A stretch of DNA of 64,000 nt from Eledone cirrhosa (lineage: Eukaryota): contig OZ024743.1 of NCBI GenBank assembly GCA_964016885.1, positions 278,194,001 to 278,258,000 of the forward strand, given 5' to 3'. Each line of letters starts with the position of its first letter. Position 1 is the stretch's first letter. Shown piece by piece: positions 25,879 through 38,862 of this stretch. Below the pieces are notes generated by a model that did no database searches, had not been told where the DNA came from, and worked only from the letters and a program-made list of their open reading frames with translations. A program made the translations under genes and the position numbers.

Positions 25879-28800
25879 GAAGAAGACGCACGAGGTGGTA
25901 GAAGGTCATGAAATCGCTCCCGTAAGTTTTGAATTTTTAACATATTTAAATCATTTGTGAAATAACAACTCCTAGTACAAATGCTACGTAAAGCATGCGG
26001 CTTGAGCCCCCAATAAATTAGGACACAAAATATATTGTTATAAGGCTCAAATATTCAAATATTCAACTTTGTATTGTACATTGTATATTCAAAAAAGAAA
26101 ATGGCTATAAATGGAAGAAGAACCCCCCCCCCCTCCTCTGTCTACACTATATAGAACAGCCAAACAACACCAATCTCACCAACACCAGAAACTAGATACA
26201 CCACCTACCCCATCAGCTCTCTGTGTACACTAAACACAACAACCAGATAACGGCAATTTCACCACCACCACAACCAATCTCAACATAATAAGGATAATAA
26301 TAAATACTATTATTATTGTCCCAAGTCTTAACAAAATGTTTAATCCCAACATTAAGGGAATTTAGGTCAACACATATACGCGACTAACCCCATAGATTCA
26401 CCGAACGGACATCAGTCCTTCATTGCTACCACCGCTACAACACCATCACTACTGCCATCATTACTACCACTATCCCATCACCGCCGCCACCACTCCTTCA
26501 TTGCTACCACCGCTACAACACCATCACTACAGTAATACGACCACATCACCACCACCACTGCCTCGGTATCGACATCACCACCACCACTGTCTCAGTATCG
26601 CTACCGCCGCTATTATCTCCCATTGCTTCCTGCTAGTTGCTGCCACCACATTATAGAATTCCTACTAAAAAAGAGGAAGGCATCAAAATATATAGATAGA
26701 CTCAAAAGAAAAAAGAAAAAACAAACATCAAAACCAAAGCAGCACAGCAACAACAGCAAAAAACGAGAAAAACAAACAGAGAAAAACAAAAACAAAAAAC
26801 AAAAAACAAAAAAAAAACGTAAAGAAAATAAGAATGAAGAGAGAAACAAGCGGACGGACAGAGAAGAGAAGGGAAAAACTAAGTCAGACATTCGAACACT
26901 ACATTACAATGAAACTTATGCTTATTCATTTTGGGGGTTTTTTCTGCCTGTGTGTTTGTTTGTTTATTTGTGTTCGTCTACAGCGTGGTGATAATGCCAC
27001 ACAAGAGCCAAGTGGAGTGGCGCAACCACCGGAGACGGTGAATCCACAGATGGCTATGTAACCATACATTCGCCAATCCTCGATAAGAGTGTTTAAATAT
27101 CGAACCTAAACAGTTCGAATAACGGTGAAATGGAGACTAGAACGTCATGTGACAGACTCTCACCCAACAGGTGCTCCCTGGCTCAGCAGCAGGAACCTGA
27201 CTGTCAACCAAATACTGCTGGTGTTGGAGGAAGAAGAAGAAGGAAAGGGGCCAGAACCAACTGGACGAAAGAATTGAATAGAACTGTTATGCAATGTAAC
27301 CTGAAAAGTAACCCCAAGGAGAGGGGCTATAGGAGACGGATGCATAACATCTGGAACGAGATTGGTCTATTTAAATTAGATGAACAAAAATTGGCCGGGC
27401 AGGCTCGGGTAATAAGAACTAATGGGTGGATAAGCGAGCTGGAACTGGAGGAACTAAGCAGAGAGAATAGCTTGGAGATGGAGGGTGTAGTATGCCAGAC
27501 AAACGAGCCAGTGGGAAATGAAGGTGAAGAGGTCGAGAGAACGGAGGAACCACCCGAAGCAGACAATGATCTGAATACTGAGATAAATAATACCTGGAAC
27601 AGAGATACAGACACTGGGGAGATGAATGCTGACGGGCTAGGACAAGATTCGGTTGACATCCTAAATTTAGTGGTAGATGAATTGAACAATGATAGTGGGA
27701 GACCTATGAACCTAAGATTTGTAGACAGGCAAAAGTTAAAAGAAACAACAGCTAAGGTAAACAAAGTCATCCCATACCTTGAGGCGAGGAGCCTTCACCA
27801 GTGCAACAATATCCTCAAAGCAACAGCAAATACGGTGAGGAAACTACTTGGTATAAAAGCGAGAGGAAACAACAGACAAGAAAGAGCAGAGCCTTGGTGG
27901 AAGAAACGACTGAGTGGTCAAATCAAGGAAATGAGAAATGACATAGTAAAGCTTAAGTCACTACTGAATGGGACACTAAAAAACATAGGCACTAAAAATA
28001 GACTGGAAATAAAGTACAAAACTAGGAGGAAAAAGCTAAATATTATCATAGAGGAACTGAAGCAACGCATTGTAGCAAAGAGTGCAAAAATCAGGCGATA
28101 CGAGAACAGAGTCAGTCAGTATAAACAGAACCGCATGTTCGACAACAACCAGAAGGTGCTGTTTGGACAGCTTGAGGGGAAAGAAAGAGGCAACGACTTG
28201 ATCCCTGAGGCGGAACAAACTAAAACATTCTGGAGAGGAATATGGGAGCAGGATGTTAGACATAATGACCAGGCAGGGTGGATTGAGACAGTACAGAGGG
28301 AGATCGGTGAGCAGGCACACCAACAAACTGATTTGAGTATCACAGTTGAAACTCTTAAGGGGCAGGCCAAAAAACTAACCAACTGGAAATCACCAGGCCC
28401 AGATGGTGTGCAGGTGTATTGGATTAAACATTTAACATCCCTCCACCCGAAACTGACAGCCATGTTCAATTACTGCTTGGTGTCGGGTGAGGTACCAGAG
28501 TGGTTGACAAAAGGTATCACAGTTCTGATAATGAAAGACCGAATCAAGGGTAATGATGTTACCAACTATAGACCTATCACATGTCTGTCCGTAATGTGGA
28601 AACTGTTGACGAGCATTGTGTCTGAGGAAATCTACCATCACCTCCACACAAACAACTTGTTACCGGACGAACAGAAAGGATGCCGAAAGAAGTCACGTGG
28701 TACAAAGGACCAGTTACTTATTGATAAGATGGTAATGGGGAATTGCAGGAGGAGACACACTGATCTTGCCATGGGATGGATAGACTACAGAAAGGCATTT

Positions 28801-30595
28801 GACGTGGTGCCTCATTCTTGGATCACCAAAAGCCTGGAGATCTTCAAGGTGGCAGATAACATCAGACAGTTGCTGGGCAGGAGTTTGGGGTCCTGGGAGA
28901 CAGAGTTGACATCAACTGGAGAATCCTTGGGAAGCGTGAAGATCAAGAGAGGTATCTTCCAGGGAGACAGCCTGTCCCCTCTGTTGTTTGTCCTTTCCCT
29001 GATGCCCTTGACCATTATGCTGCGAAAAGTGAGAGCAGGATACAAGTTGGGAAGGGGAGAGCTTACCATCAGTCACCTCCTCCTCATGGACGATCTTAAG
29101 CTCTTCAGGAAGAGGGAGAAGGAGTTGGATGTGCTTGTTGACACTGTCCGTATTTTCAGCAGTGATATATGTATGCAGTTTGGTATTAGTAAGTGTGGAG
29201 TCATTGTGATGAGGAGGGGTCGGTTGAGCAGAAGTAACGGAATCCGGATACCAACAGGTGAGATGATAAAGGAAATTGACTCTGAGGAAGGATACAAGTA
29301 TTTGGGCGTTCTGGAGGCTGATGGCATAAAGAACAAAAAAATGAAGGAATTGTTAAGAACTGAATACATTCGGAGAGTAAGGAGCGTATTGAAGTCACAT
29401 CTGAACAGGAGAAATGCCATAAGCGCAGTAAATTACCGAGCTGTGTCTATTATTAGGTACAGTGCGGGAATTCTGAGATGGAATGTCGCTGAACAAAAAG
29501 AAATGGATAGGAAGACTAGGAAGCTATTGACTATCTACAACATGTTCCACAAGAGGAGTGATGTCGATAGACTCTACCTAAGGAGATCTGGGGGTGGAAG
29601 AGGTCTTATCAGCATAGAGGACTGTGTTCAGATGGAGAAAAACAACCTATACAAATACGTGACTGATAGTAAGGAGCCAATGCTCAGAACTGTACTGAAG
29701 GAGGGGACAATAGGCCAGGGGATGTCCAAGGAGGAAATAACATCAAGGAGAAAGAGCAGCCTTCATGGAAAATCCCTTCATAGTACCTTCTTTGAGAAAA
29801 CTGAATTTAGAGATCCACAGACATGGAACTGGTTGAGAAGAGGAGACCTCAAAAAGGCTACAGAAGGAATGTTAATGGCTGCGCAGGAGCAGGCCCTCAA
29901 AACGAAGTGGTTGAAACACCATATTTACAAGGAGGAGGCTAGCCCACTGTGCAGGATCTGTGGGGAGAGAGAGGAGACTGTGGCTCACATTGTATCCGAG
30001 TGTAAACACCTAGCCCAGACCCTCTATAACGGCTGGAGACATGATGTGATGGGCAGGGTGATCCACTGGCACCTGTGCAAAGTAAACAATTTACCACATT
30101 CTGAGAAATGGTATGAGCATAGGCCAGAGGTGGTGATGGAGAACGATCAGGTGAAGGTGCTGTGGTATTTTAGGATACAGACGGACAAGAAACTGGAACA
30201 CAATAGACCTGACCTGGTGGTTGTGGACAAAGAAAAAAGATCGTGTCTGATTGTGGATGTGGCCTGCCCATTCGACACGAGAGTGCAAGAGAAGGAGAGG
30301 GAGAAAATTAACCGATACCAGGACTTAAAGTGGGAGGTAAAAAGGATTTTGAAATGCCATGAAGTCAAAGTGATCCCGATTGTCATAGGCGCACTGGGGA
30401 CTATCTCCAAAAGTTTCCAGGGATGGTTAAAGAAAATCGGCCCCTTCACGCTATTTGGAACGCTTCAAAAGGCATGCTTGCTGGAAACAGCAAGAACCCT
30501 CCGATACGTCCTCAATATCTGAGGCTGCAGGTAGTGGCTTGATATTCATTCCAACGGACTTTCCAGTTAACCAACATCAATGACTGAGATTCAAG

Positions 30596-30596
<1 letters not shown>
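25878..30596 (+). mobile_element. R4/Dong-clade family A element, full-length ORF (5' boundary uncertain)
   Basis: Lies between (TAA)n tracts at 25820-25877 and 30597-30647; single RT-RLE ORF. Confidence 0.8.
27130..30522 (+). CDS. Reverse transcriptase + CCHC finger + restriction-like endonuclease, 1130 aa (Dong family A)
   Basis: WKSPGPDG, NYRPITCL, DYRKAFD, GIFQGDSLSP, LMDD, CRICGEREETVAHIVSEC, RHD, RPDLVV..DVACP..KINRY. Confidence 0.9.
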   Translation: METRTSCDRLSPNRCSLAQQQEPDCQPNTAGVGGRRRRKGARTNWTKELNRTVMQCNLKSNPKERGYRRRMHNIWNEIGLFKLDEQKLAGQARVIRTNGWISELELEELSRENSLEMEGVVCQTNEPVGNEGEEVERTEEPPEADNDLNTEINNTWNRDTDTGEMNADGLGQDSVDILNLVVDELNNDSGRPMNLRFVDRQKLKETTAKVNKVIPYLEARSLHQCNNILKATANTVRKLLGIKARGNNRQERAEPWWKKRLSGQIKEMRNDIVKLKSLLNGTLKNIGTKNRLEIKYKTRRKKLNIIIEELKQRIVAKSAKIRRYENRVSQYKQNRMFDNNQKVLFGQLEGKERGNDLIPEAEQTKTFWRGIWEQDVRHNDQAGWIETVQREIGEQAHQQTDLSITVETLKGQAKKLTNWKSPGPDGVQVYWIKHLTSLHPKLTAMFNYCLVSGEVPEWLTKGITVLIMKDRIKGNDVTNYRPITCLSVMWKLLTSIVSEEIYHHLHTNNLLPDEQKGCRKKSRGTKDQLLIDKMVMGNCRRRHTDLAMGWIDYRKAFDVVPHSWITKSLEIFKVADNIRQLLGRSLGSWETELTSTGESLGSVKIKRGIFQGDSLSPLLFVLSLMPLTIMLRKVRAGYKLGRGELTISHLLLMDDLKLFRKREKELDVLVDTVRIFSSDICMQFGISKCGVIVMRRGRLSRSNGIRIPTGEMIKEIDSEEGYKYLGVLEADGIKNKKMKELLRTEYIRRVRSVLKSHLNRRNAISAVNYRAVSIIRYSAGILRWNVAEQKEMDRKTRKLLTIYNMFHKRSDVDRLYLRRSGGGRGLISIEDCVQMEKNNLYKYVTDSKEPMLRTVLKEGTIGQGMSKEEITSRRKSSLHGKSLHSTFFEKTEFRDPQTWNWLRRGDLKKATEGMLMAAQEQALKTKWLKHHIYKEEASPLCRICGEREETVAHIVSECKHLAQTLYNGWRHDVMGRVIHWHLCKVNNLPHSEKWYEHRPEVVMENDQVKVLWYFRIQTDKKLEHNRPDLVVVDKEKRSCLIVDVACPFDTRVQEKEREKINRYQDLKWEVKRILKCHEVKVIPIVIGALGTISKSFQGWLKKIGPFTLFGTLQKACLLETARTLRYVLNI

Positions 30597-30647
<51 letters not shown>

Positions 30648-30648
<1 letters not shown>

Positions 30649-33600
30649 TTTTCTTTATTAACCACAAGGGTTCACATAAAGTAGACATTAAGGACAGTAC
30701 AGGACAATACAGGACGGTACAAATGGGCATTTCTGCGTGTAAAAAAAACAGAGGTTGAAATAAAATAACAAAGAAAAATTCCCCAATAGGGGGGAGACTT
30801 CGAAGGGACATTTGTGGAGAAAGCCCATTAAAAGACCACAGTGGCCCTGACCACCAGGGCAAGTGCCCTCTCCCAGTTTTCCACCTTTAATTTACAGACA
30901 CATACTCAGAGAAGGCCCATTCATTCGGGCCTTACTTGCTTCTCTCACCCATCTTTCAACAAAATGCTGGGAAGAGAGCACTTCCCTCTCTACCCTGATT
31001 TTCCTTTTCAAATGAAATTTGAAAAAGTTAATCAGGGCATCACCGAAGAGGTAAGTGCTCGTCTTCAGTCCTTTCAAACGTGTCCACCATACTATCTCTT
31101 TCGCCATGGCCACCAGACAGATAAAAACTGCCTGCCCTTCCAGGCTAAAGGAAGGGGGCGGGGCAATCCTCACGATGGACTCAGCTGATAGCTGGATCCG
31201 TCCTACACGTGACAGCAGGTGTTCGTCATAAACCCACAAGTCAGCAATGCTCGGACACTGGACGAGTGCGTGCAGGACGGTTCGTCGCCCTGAGTGCATC
31301 TCGGACATTCCCGGCTGACGGCACCTCCATGACTGTAGAGTTTATCCCGAACTGGCAAAGCTCCTCGGTAGCACTGCCAGGCCAGGGATTTCTGGAAGTT
31401 GTCCATAGGCCCCGGCCCGAAAGTCCTTCCGAAGAGATTGGCTAGTTGATTTTCGTCGACGCCTAGAGTTTCTCCAAGTACGTCGTCGCTCTTCCCCTCC
31501 ACTAATCCCCTATAGAACGCCAAGGTGGAGTTTCCACCGATCACATTGCCCGATTGGTCGAGGGCTGTGAGCGCCTGAAGACATTCCAGTCTCCAAGCGC
31601 TCCCTCTCGGTCTTCGCTTGACCCAGGACTGCAGCTCCGTCAAGGAGACGAGCTGGGGAAAAACGTGTCTTGCAAACGGCGACCACACCTGATCACCGTC
31701 GAGGAAGAGGTGGAGATGTCGTAGCCTGAGCGCGTGTCTGCGCATCATCAGCCACAGCATGCCCAGCCCTCCACGTAGCGGGTGTTGACAGCAGATGGAC
31801 CGCCTGACCATCGGAGCGCGTCCCTTCCACAAGAAGCGAAAGAGCAAACGCTCCAGCGCAGTCAGGCGGGGCTTAGGACAAGGTACGACGGTCAGGCGGT
31901 AGTAGATGACGGATGCGATGTACGCATTCGCCACCTCCGCTCGACCTTTCAGGGATAGCTTCCTCTCGGCCCATTTCTGGGTGAGAGAAGCCACCCTGCA
32001 CGTCACCTCGTCCCAGTTTTTGTCCGTCTGGAGGTCTGGACCGAACCAGACCCCTAGCAATTTAACCGGTCCGTCCGTCCAGCGCCCGACGACGCTGTTG
32101 GACGGCATGGACCTGCCTCTCCAGGTGCCGAGCTGCAGGCCCACTGACTTTTCCTGGTTGATCATTGCTCCTGTCACCGCTTCGTATTCTCTTAGTGTAG
32201 TGCCGATCGCCTCGATGTGTTTGGCGTTCGACACCACTACGGTGACATCGTCGGCATATGCTGACACAGATCTTCCGCATCCTAGTTCGCGCGGGACCCC
32301 CCTCAACGTCTCCAGTTTGTGCAGTAATGGCTCGAGAGTCAATACGTACAATAGGGACGAGAGGGGACATCCTTGGCGGACCGAGCGCATGATGTTGAAC
32401 GGTTCCGAAAGGTGACCGTTCACTCTCACTACAGAGCAGATGTCGCTGTGCATGGCAGCGATCCAGCCTCTGAAGACGGGCCCAAAGCCAGCCGCCCTCA
32501 GGACTGCCGCTAGGTAACGATGGTTGACCCTATCGAAGGCTTTCGACTGATCTAAATTGATCAAAGACCCACCCGTGCCAGGTTCCCTAGCTACCCTCTC
32601 TACGATGTATCGCATGAGGTGGAGGTTGTCGTGGATGGATCTGTCGGGAATGGCGCATGTCTGTGCCTCTCCCACCAACGATAAGCGCCAACCTCTTTGC
32701 TAGCACCTTGGCCAAAATCTTGAACTCTGTGTTTAGCAGAGTTATGGGCCTAAAATTATCTATGTTATCCCCCTTGTTCGGATCCTTTCTCAGCAGCGCC
32801 ACCGCTCCTCGGCTCACAGAGCTGGGAATTCTCCCGTTCTGTTGCCAGTTGCAGTAGACGTCCGCCAAGAGGCCTCCGAACAAGTTTGGCATTTGTACGT
32901 AAAGTTCATAGGGCAGACCATCTAAACCAGGCGATTTACCCCTTGTGCAACAAGTCATTGCATCCCGTACTTCAGCGGTTGTTATCGGCTTTTCGCAACA
33001 CTCCGCCTCAGTGGCCGAAAGCCGCGGCAGTCCGTCGAGGTAGACACTAAAGTCCATCCCTCGATCCGGCCCGCCACTGCCCCCGAACAGTTGAGCGAAG
33101 TGTCGCTGAAAAGCTTCACTTATTTGCCCGGGATCTAGTAGCATGCGCCCGTCGTGGTCCACCAAAGTCCGGATCGTGGCTTTGTTGCCACGACGCGCCT
33201 CCGCCACTCGGGCCCAATGACGGCTTTCGTCCCCTCGTGTCTGAGAGCACGCACCCTAGCTCTGACAACGCAGCCTTCGTGCTTTGCATTGAAGAATTGG
33301 TCAAGGGCCAATTTCGCCGCAAGTACGTCGGTCGCGATGACTTTGCTAAGCGCCTCATCTAATTTTCTAACTAATTCTCCCTCTGCTCTATTTTTCTCTA
33401 TTGCTAAAGTCTTACTAAACCTAATGGACTCTATTCTAATTGCTCTTTTCAGAGCAAACCACCACTTGTTGTTGACGATGGCCCCCGTCAACGCCCGCTT
33501 AACTAGTTCGCTAATCCGGTCTCTGTAGGCCTTGCGCGCTGGTAAGGACGCGTTTAGCTTCCAGTAGCCGGGTCCTCGCCTATGAAGCCTATCTAAGTCA

Positions 33601-36538
33601 AGCACACAGATCACGAATTTGTGGTCCGTGTAGCTGACTATCTTGAATTGTGGACAGCCTATGCTAGACTTATCTATTTCCCTACAAAATACTCTATCTA
33701 GATATGATCTGGATGACCCTATGCGATTTGTCCAAGTCCACATTGGTACATTCAGGAAATCCATTCGGTACCTGTCAGACAGTTCAAAACGTCTGAGCAG
33801 GTTGGTGAGACTCTTGCACCCTCCTTCCCTATCCACTAATCCCACACAATCCCAGCGTGCATCTAAGATCCCGTTCCAGTCGCCCACTAACACTAAAGAG
33901 CGGGACGTTCCAAGAAAAGTCTCCAGACGCCGGAAGAAATCAGGCTGCTCTGCTCCTGTCGGGGCATAGACGGCCACTAACCTGAAAGCTTGCCCGTCTC
34001 CGCTGGTCACGTCCAGCACCACCAACTTACCTTCTGGGTCCAGGAAGATGGTCCGTATGGCAAGATCCAAACCTCTCCGAAAAAGCACAGCAACTCCTCC
34101 CCCCGATCCCGGACGGCTGGGAGATGCGTACACATCGTAGCCGCCGAAGATCGGTGCGAAAGCCTGTGCTTCGGAGATTCTGGTCTCGCTGATGGCCACT
34201 ACATCTATGTTTAGTGACCTGAGGTCGTTGAGCAGGTGGCCCTGCTTCCATGACGACCCCAAGCCACGCGCATTTATGCTGCCTATTCTGAGTGAGGTCA
34301 TGTTGAAAAGGAGTGGAAAAGATGGGAAAGACCATTTACCTTACTTCTCGTAGGGGAAGGACGGTTTTTCCATCCTTTTCACTGCTTGTGGCCTCCTCAG
34401 GAAGGATGTCCTTATAAATCCTCCTGGAGAGTGCTTGTCGGAAGTCTCCGATGTCTTTGGGGGAATTTTTGTTTTAGTGTCATGTACGTTTTCTGTGATG
34501 CGAGTGATTTGTATGTGTGGAGGTGGTGTGAATTTTGGGGTTGTTGTGTAGTCTTTTTCTGTGATGCTGGTGTTGTGTTGGATGTAGTGTAATAATTGCT
34601 TGTTGTTCGAATTTAATGCTGTGTAGTGTGTATCGTTTTGGTTGTTTTGTTTTGTTTGCGTTTGTTGTGGGTTTGTTTCTGTTTCGCATTTTGGTGACTT
34701 TTGTGGTGTAGGTGATGGTGGTGTTGGAGTTAATGATGGTGATGGTGTTGGTGTTTGGGTTGATGGGGTTGGTGATGCTGGTGTGGATGGTGGCATATCT
34801 GTCCTAACTTTTTTGTTTCTTAGTTTATTTGTTTCCCTCTGTATTTTGCTTTTGGAGGGGGAAGGAAGAGACTTTTTTCTTTTTTGGTTTCTTTTTTTTT
34901 TTCCGGATATCGTTTCCCACTCCTAGTCGTCACAATCTGTCTCCAGTTGTGATAGGCCGGGGAGTGGAAAATCCTCCACAGCCGTTAGTTTTGGTTGTGG
35001 TGTGGTGGATGGTGTAGGCGCTGGTGCTAGTTCTGAAGCGTTGGGTGGTGGTGGTGTTGGTTTTGCTGGTGGTGGTAGTGGTGTTTGTTTTGCTACTGTT
35101 GCTGGGGTTGTTGCTGTTATAGTTGCTTCTGTTGTTGCTGCTACAGTTGTTGCTGCCATCTCTGCTACTGGTGGTGTTGATGGTTGTGTCACTGGGGTGG
35201 GTAGGAGAGGTGGCCTCAACCTTTTAGCCTGAGGGCAGAAAGCCCTTAGGTGGGTTCCTTCACCACAAACGACACACCTAGGTCTTCTGCCCTCGACAAT
35301 TACCGTGAGGTGGCTGCCGTCAGTGAGGTCTATTACTTCTGGGATCTCCTCAATGCTTTTTTGGTCCGCTTGGATTAGGAGCTCCATCCCAGATCCGGAC
35401 CAGTTTTCCTGCTTTTCTTTTGCTATTGCTATTATTTTCGTGTTGGCTTCGATGCCGGCGAGGACAGCCGGTATTAGCCAGGGAATTTCGATGGCCGGTG
35501 GAACGTGGGTCACCCTGATCTTTACGAGCCTCTGGCCACAATAGCTTGGGACGAGTGTGAAGTCGTCACTTTTTAATGGGGCCATGGAGTGTTCTCTAGC
35601 CTCCTCTGGTGTTTCAAAGAACACATCCACGGTTCCATACTTTTGCCCACATCTGATGTGGGTTTTTCTTGCCCACACATGTCCCAAAGCTTTTTGGATT
35701 TGGGACTCGGATGCCCGTTCCACTCGGCGCGATTTTACATTTATTGTTCTATACGACACGGTGCATAGGCGCCGATGCTCCATTTTATTAGGTGGGGGGG
35801 TGAGGCTGACCCTGTACCCATCTTTCTTTACCATTTGTTTGGCATTTTCTAAATCCTCTTGAGTTACCGTGAACGCTTCGAATTGTTTTGCCACTATGGC
35901 GAAATTGAGGGTCGGTTTTATAATGTCATTGTTGTTGTTGTTGCTATCGTTATTTGTGTTAATATTAATTTTAGTTTCAGTTGTGGTGGTGGTGACGTCA
36001 GTCGTCTTTGGTGCGGAAGAGTCCATTTTGCTTAATTTCATTTCGACATCACGAGTTAATTTATTTTTTTCTTCTTTTGTTTCTGTTGTCGCGGTGGTGG
36101 TGGGGGTGGTGGTTGTCGCGGTGGTGGTGGTAGTGGAGGCTTTAACACCTGCAGTCATTGGTAATGGCGGGAAATGAATGTCTGCCTGAGACAAATTTAA
36201 AATATTGCTACTGCTTATATTTTTTTTTGTGTTGGCAAACGTAGTAACATTTACAATGGTGGTGTCGGTGTGAGGTGTTATTTTGTGAGGAAGGCTTTCA
36301 GCTGCTTCGTGCAGAGGGGAATTAGCCATTTTTTTTCAAAGAAATTTTTGGATAATAATAAAAGTTAAAATTTGGGGCACAAGGCCCCAATCTTTTTGGG
36401 TGTCCTTTTCGGAAAACAATGTATGTGTGCTTATAAACAGTTAACAATAAAAATTTTCCATAAAGGGCAATTTTTAACAAACGGAAATAACAAACCTTTG
36501 CGGAGCTCACGATGATACGATTTACTACGTAGGTCGCC
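30648..36538 (-). mobile_element. Full-length Tx1/L1-clade element (TTA family 1), ~5.9 kb, disrupted ORFs
   Basis: ORF1 36329 to ~34340 (stop at 34923); ORF2 34301-30892 with frameshifts at ~33210, ~32670 and ~31285; APE, AYADD; (TTA)n at both ends. Confidence 0.92.
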
Positions 36539-36564
36539 AATAATAATAATAATAATAATAATAA

Positions 36565-36909
36565 TGTGGATGTGGCCTGCCCATTCGACACGAGAGTGCA
36601 AGAAAAGGAGAGGGAGAAAATTAACCGATACCAGGACTTAAAGTGGAATGTAAAAAGGATTTTGAACTGCCATGAAGTCAAAATGATCCCGATTGTCATA
36701 GGCACACTGGGGACTATCTCCAAAAGTTTCCAGGGATGGTTAAAGAAAATCGGCGCCTTCACGCTTTTTGGAACGCTTCGAAAGGCATGCTTGCTGGGAA
36801 CAGCAAGAACCCTCCTATACGTCCTGAATATCTGAGGCTGCAGGTAGTGGCTTGATATTCATTCCAACGGACTTTCCAGTTTACTAACATCAATGACTGA
36901 GATTCAAGG
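36565..36909 (+). mobile_element. Dong family A 3' fragment
   Basis: ORF C-terminus plus 3' UTR; TAA flanks. Confidence 0.9.
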
Positions 36910-36954
36910 AATTATAATAATAATAATAATGATAATAATAATAATAATAATAAT

Positions 36955-37351
36955 ACAATAGACCTGACCTGGTGGTTGTGGACAAAGAAAAAAGATCGTG
37001 TCTGATTGTGGATGTGGCCTGCCCGTTCGACACGAGAGTGCAAGAGAAGGAGAGGGAGAAAATTAACCGATACCAGGACCTAAAGTGGGAGGTGAAAAGG
37101 ATTTGGAACTGCCATGAAGTCAAAGTGATCCCGATTGTCATAGGCGCACTGGGGACTATCTCCAAAAGTTTCCAGGGATGGTTAAAGAAAATCGGCCCCT
37201 TCACGCTTTTTGGAACGCTTAAAAAGGCATGCTTGCTTGGAACAGCAAGAACCCTCCGATACGTCCTGAATATCTGAGGCTGCAGGTAGTGGCTTGATAT
37301 TCAATCCAACGGACTTTCCAGTTAACCAACATCAATGACTGAGATTCAAGG
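36955..37351 (+). mobile_element. Dong family A 3' fragment
   Basis: RPDLVV...LRYVLNI plus 3' UTR; TAA flanks. Confidence 0.9.
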
Positions 37352-37386
37352 AATAACAACAATAATAATAATAATAATAATAACTA

Positions 37387-38764
37387 CCAGGGAGATAGCC
37401 TGTCCCCTCTGTTGTTTGTCCTTGCCCTGATGCCCTTGACCATTATGCTGCGAAAAGTGAGAGCAGGATACAAGTTGGGAAGGTGAGAGCTTACCATCAA
37501 TCACCTCCTCTTCATGGACGATCTTAAGCTCTTCGGGAAAAGTGAGAAGGAGTTGGATGTGCTTGTTGACACTGTCCGTATTTTCAGCAGTGATATATGT
37601 ATGCAGTTTGGTATTGGTAAATGTGGAGTCATTGTGATGAAGAGGGGTAGGTTGAGCAGAAGTGACGGGATCCAGATACCAACAGGTGAGATGATAAAGG
37701 AAATTGACTCTGAGGAAGGATACATGTACTTGGGCGTTCTGGAGGCTGATGGCATAAAGAACAAAAAAATGAAGGAATTGTTAAGAACTGAATACATTCG
37801 GAGAATAAGGAGCCTGTTGAAGTCATATCTGAACAGCAGAAATGCCATAAGCGCAGTAAATTCCCGAGCTGTGTCTATTATTAGGTGCAGTGCGGGAATT
37901 CTGAGATGGAATGTTGCTGAACAAAAAGAAATGGATAGGAAGACTAGGAAGCTATTGACTATCTACAACATGTTCCACAAGAGGAGTGATGTCGATAGAC
38001 TCTACCTAAGGAGATCTGAGGGTGGAAGAGGTCTTATCAGCATAGAGGACTGTGTTCAGATGGAGAAAAACAACCTATACAAACACCATATTTACAAGGA
38101 GGAGGCTAGCCCACTGTGCAGGATCTTTGGAGAGAGAGAGGAGACTGTGGCTCACATTGTGTCCGAGTGTAAACACCTAGCCCAGACCCACTATAAGGGC
38201 TGGAGACACGATGTGATGGGCAGGGTGATCCACTGGCACCTGTGCAAAGTAAACAATTTACCACATTCTGAGAAATGGTATGAGCATAGGCCGGAGGCGG
38301 TGATGGAGAACAATCAGGTGAAGGTGCTGTGGGATTTTAGGATACAGACGGACAAAAAACTGGAACACAATAGACCTGACCTGGTGGTTGTGGACAAAGA
38401 AAAAAGATCGTGTCTGATTGTGGATGTGGCCTGCCCGTTCGACACGAGAGTGCAAGAGAAGGAGAGGGAGAAAATTAACCGATACCAGGACCTAAAGTGG
38501 GAGGTGAAAAGGATTTGGAACTGCCATGAAGTCAAAGTGATCCCGATTGTCATAGGCGCACTAGGTACTATCTCAAAAAGTTTCCAGGGATGGTTAAAGA
38601 AAATTGGCCCCTTCACGCTTTTTGGAACACTTGAAAACGCATGCTTGCTGGGAACAGCAAGAACCCTCCAGTACGTTCTGAATATCTGAGGCTGCAGGTA
38701 GTGGCTTGATATTCGTTTCAACAAACTTTCCAGTTAACTAACATCAATGACTGAGACTCAAAGA
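37387..38764 (+). mobile_element. Dong family A 5'-truncated copy with in-frame internal deletion at ~38082
   Basis: FMDD; NLYK joined to HHIYK, ~87 codons missing relative to ORF 27130-30522. Confidence 0.9.
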
Positions 38765-38784
38765 GTAATAACAACAACAGCAAC

Positions 38785-38861
<77 letters not shown>

Positions 38862-38862
<1 letters not shown>

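Noticed and set aside
26423-26991. His/Pro- and Lys-rich ORFs
   Set aside because: Low-complexity sequence with a short local duplication.
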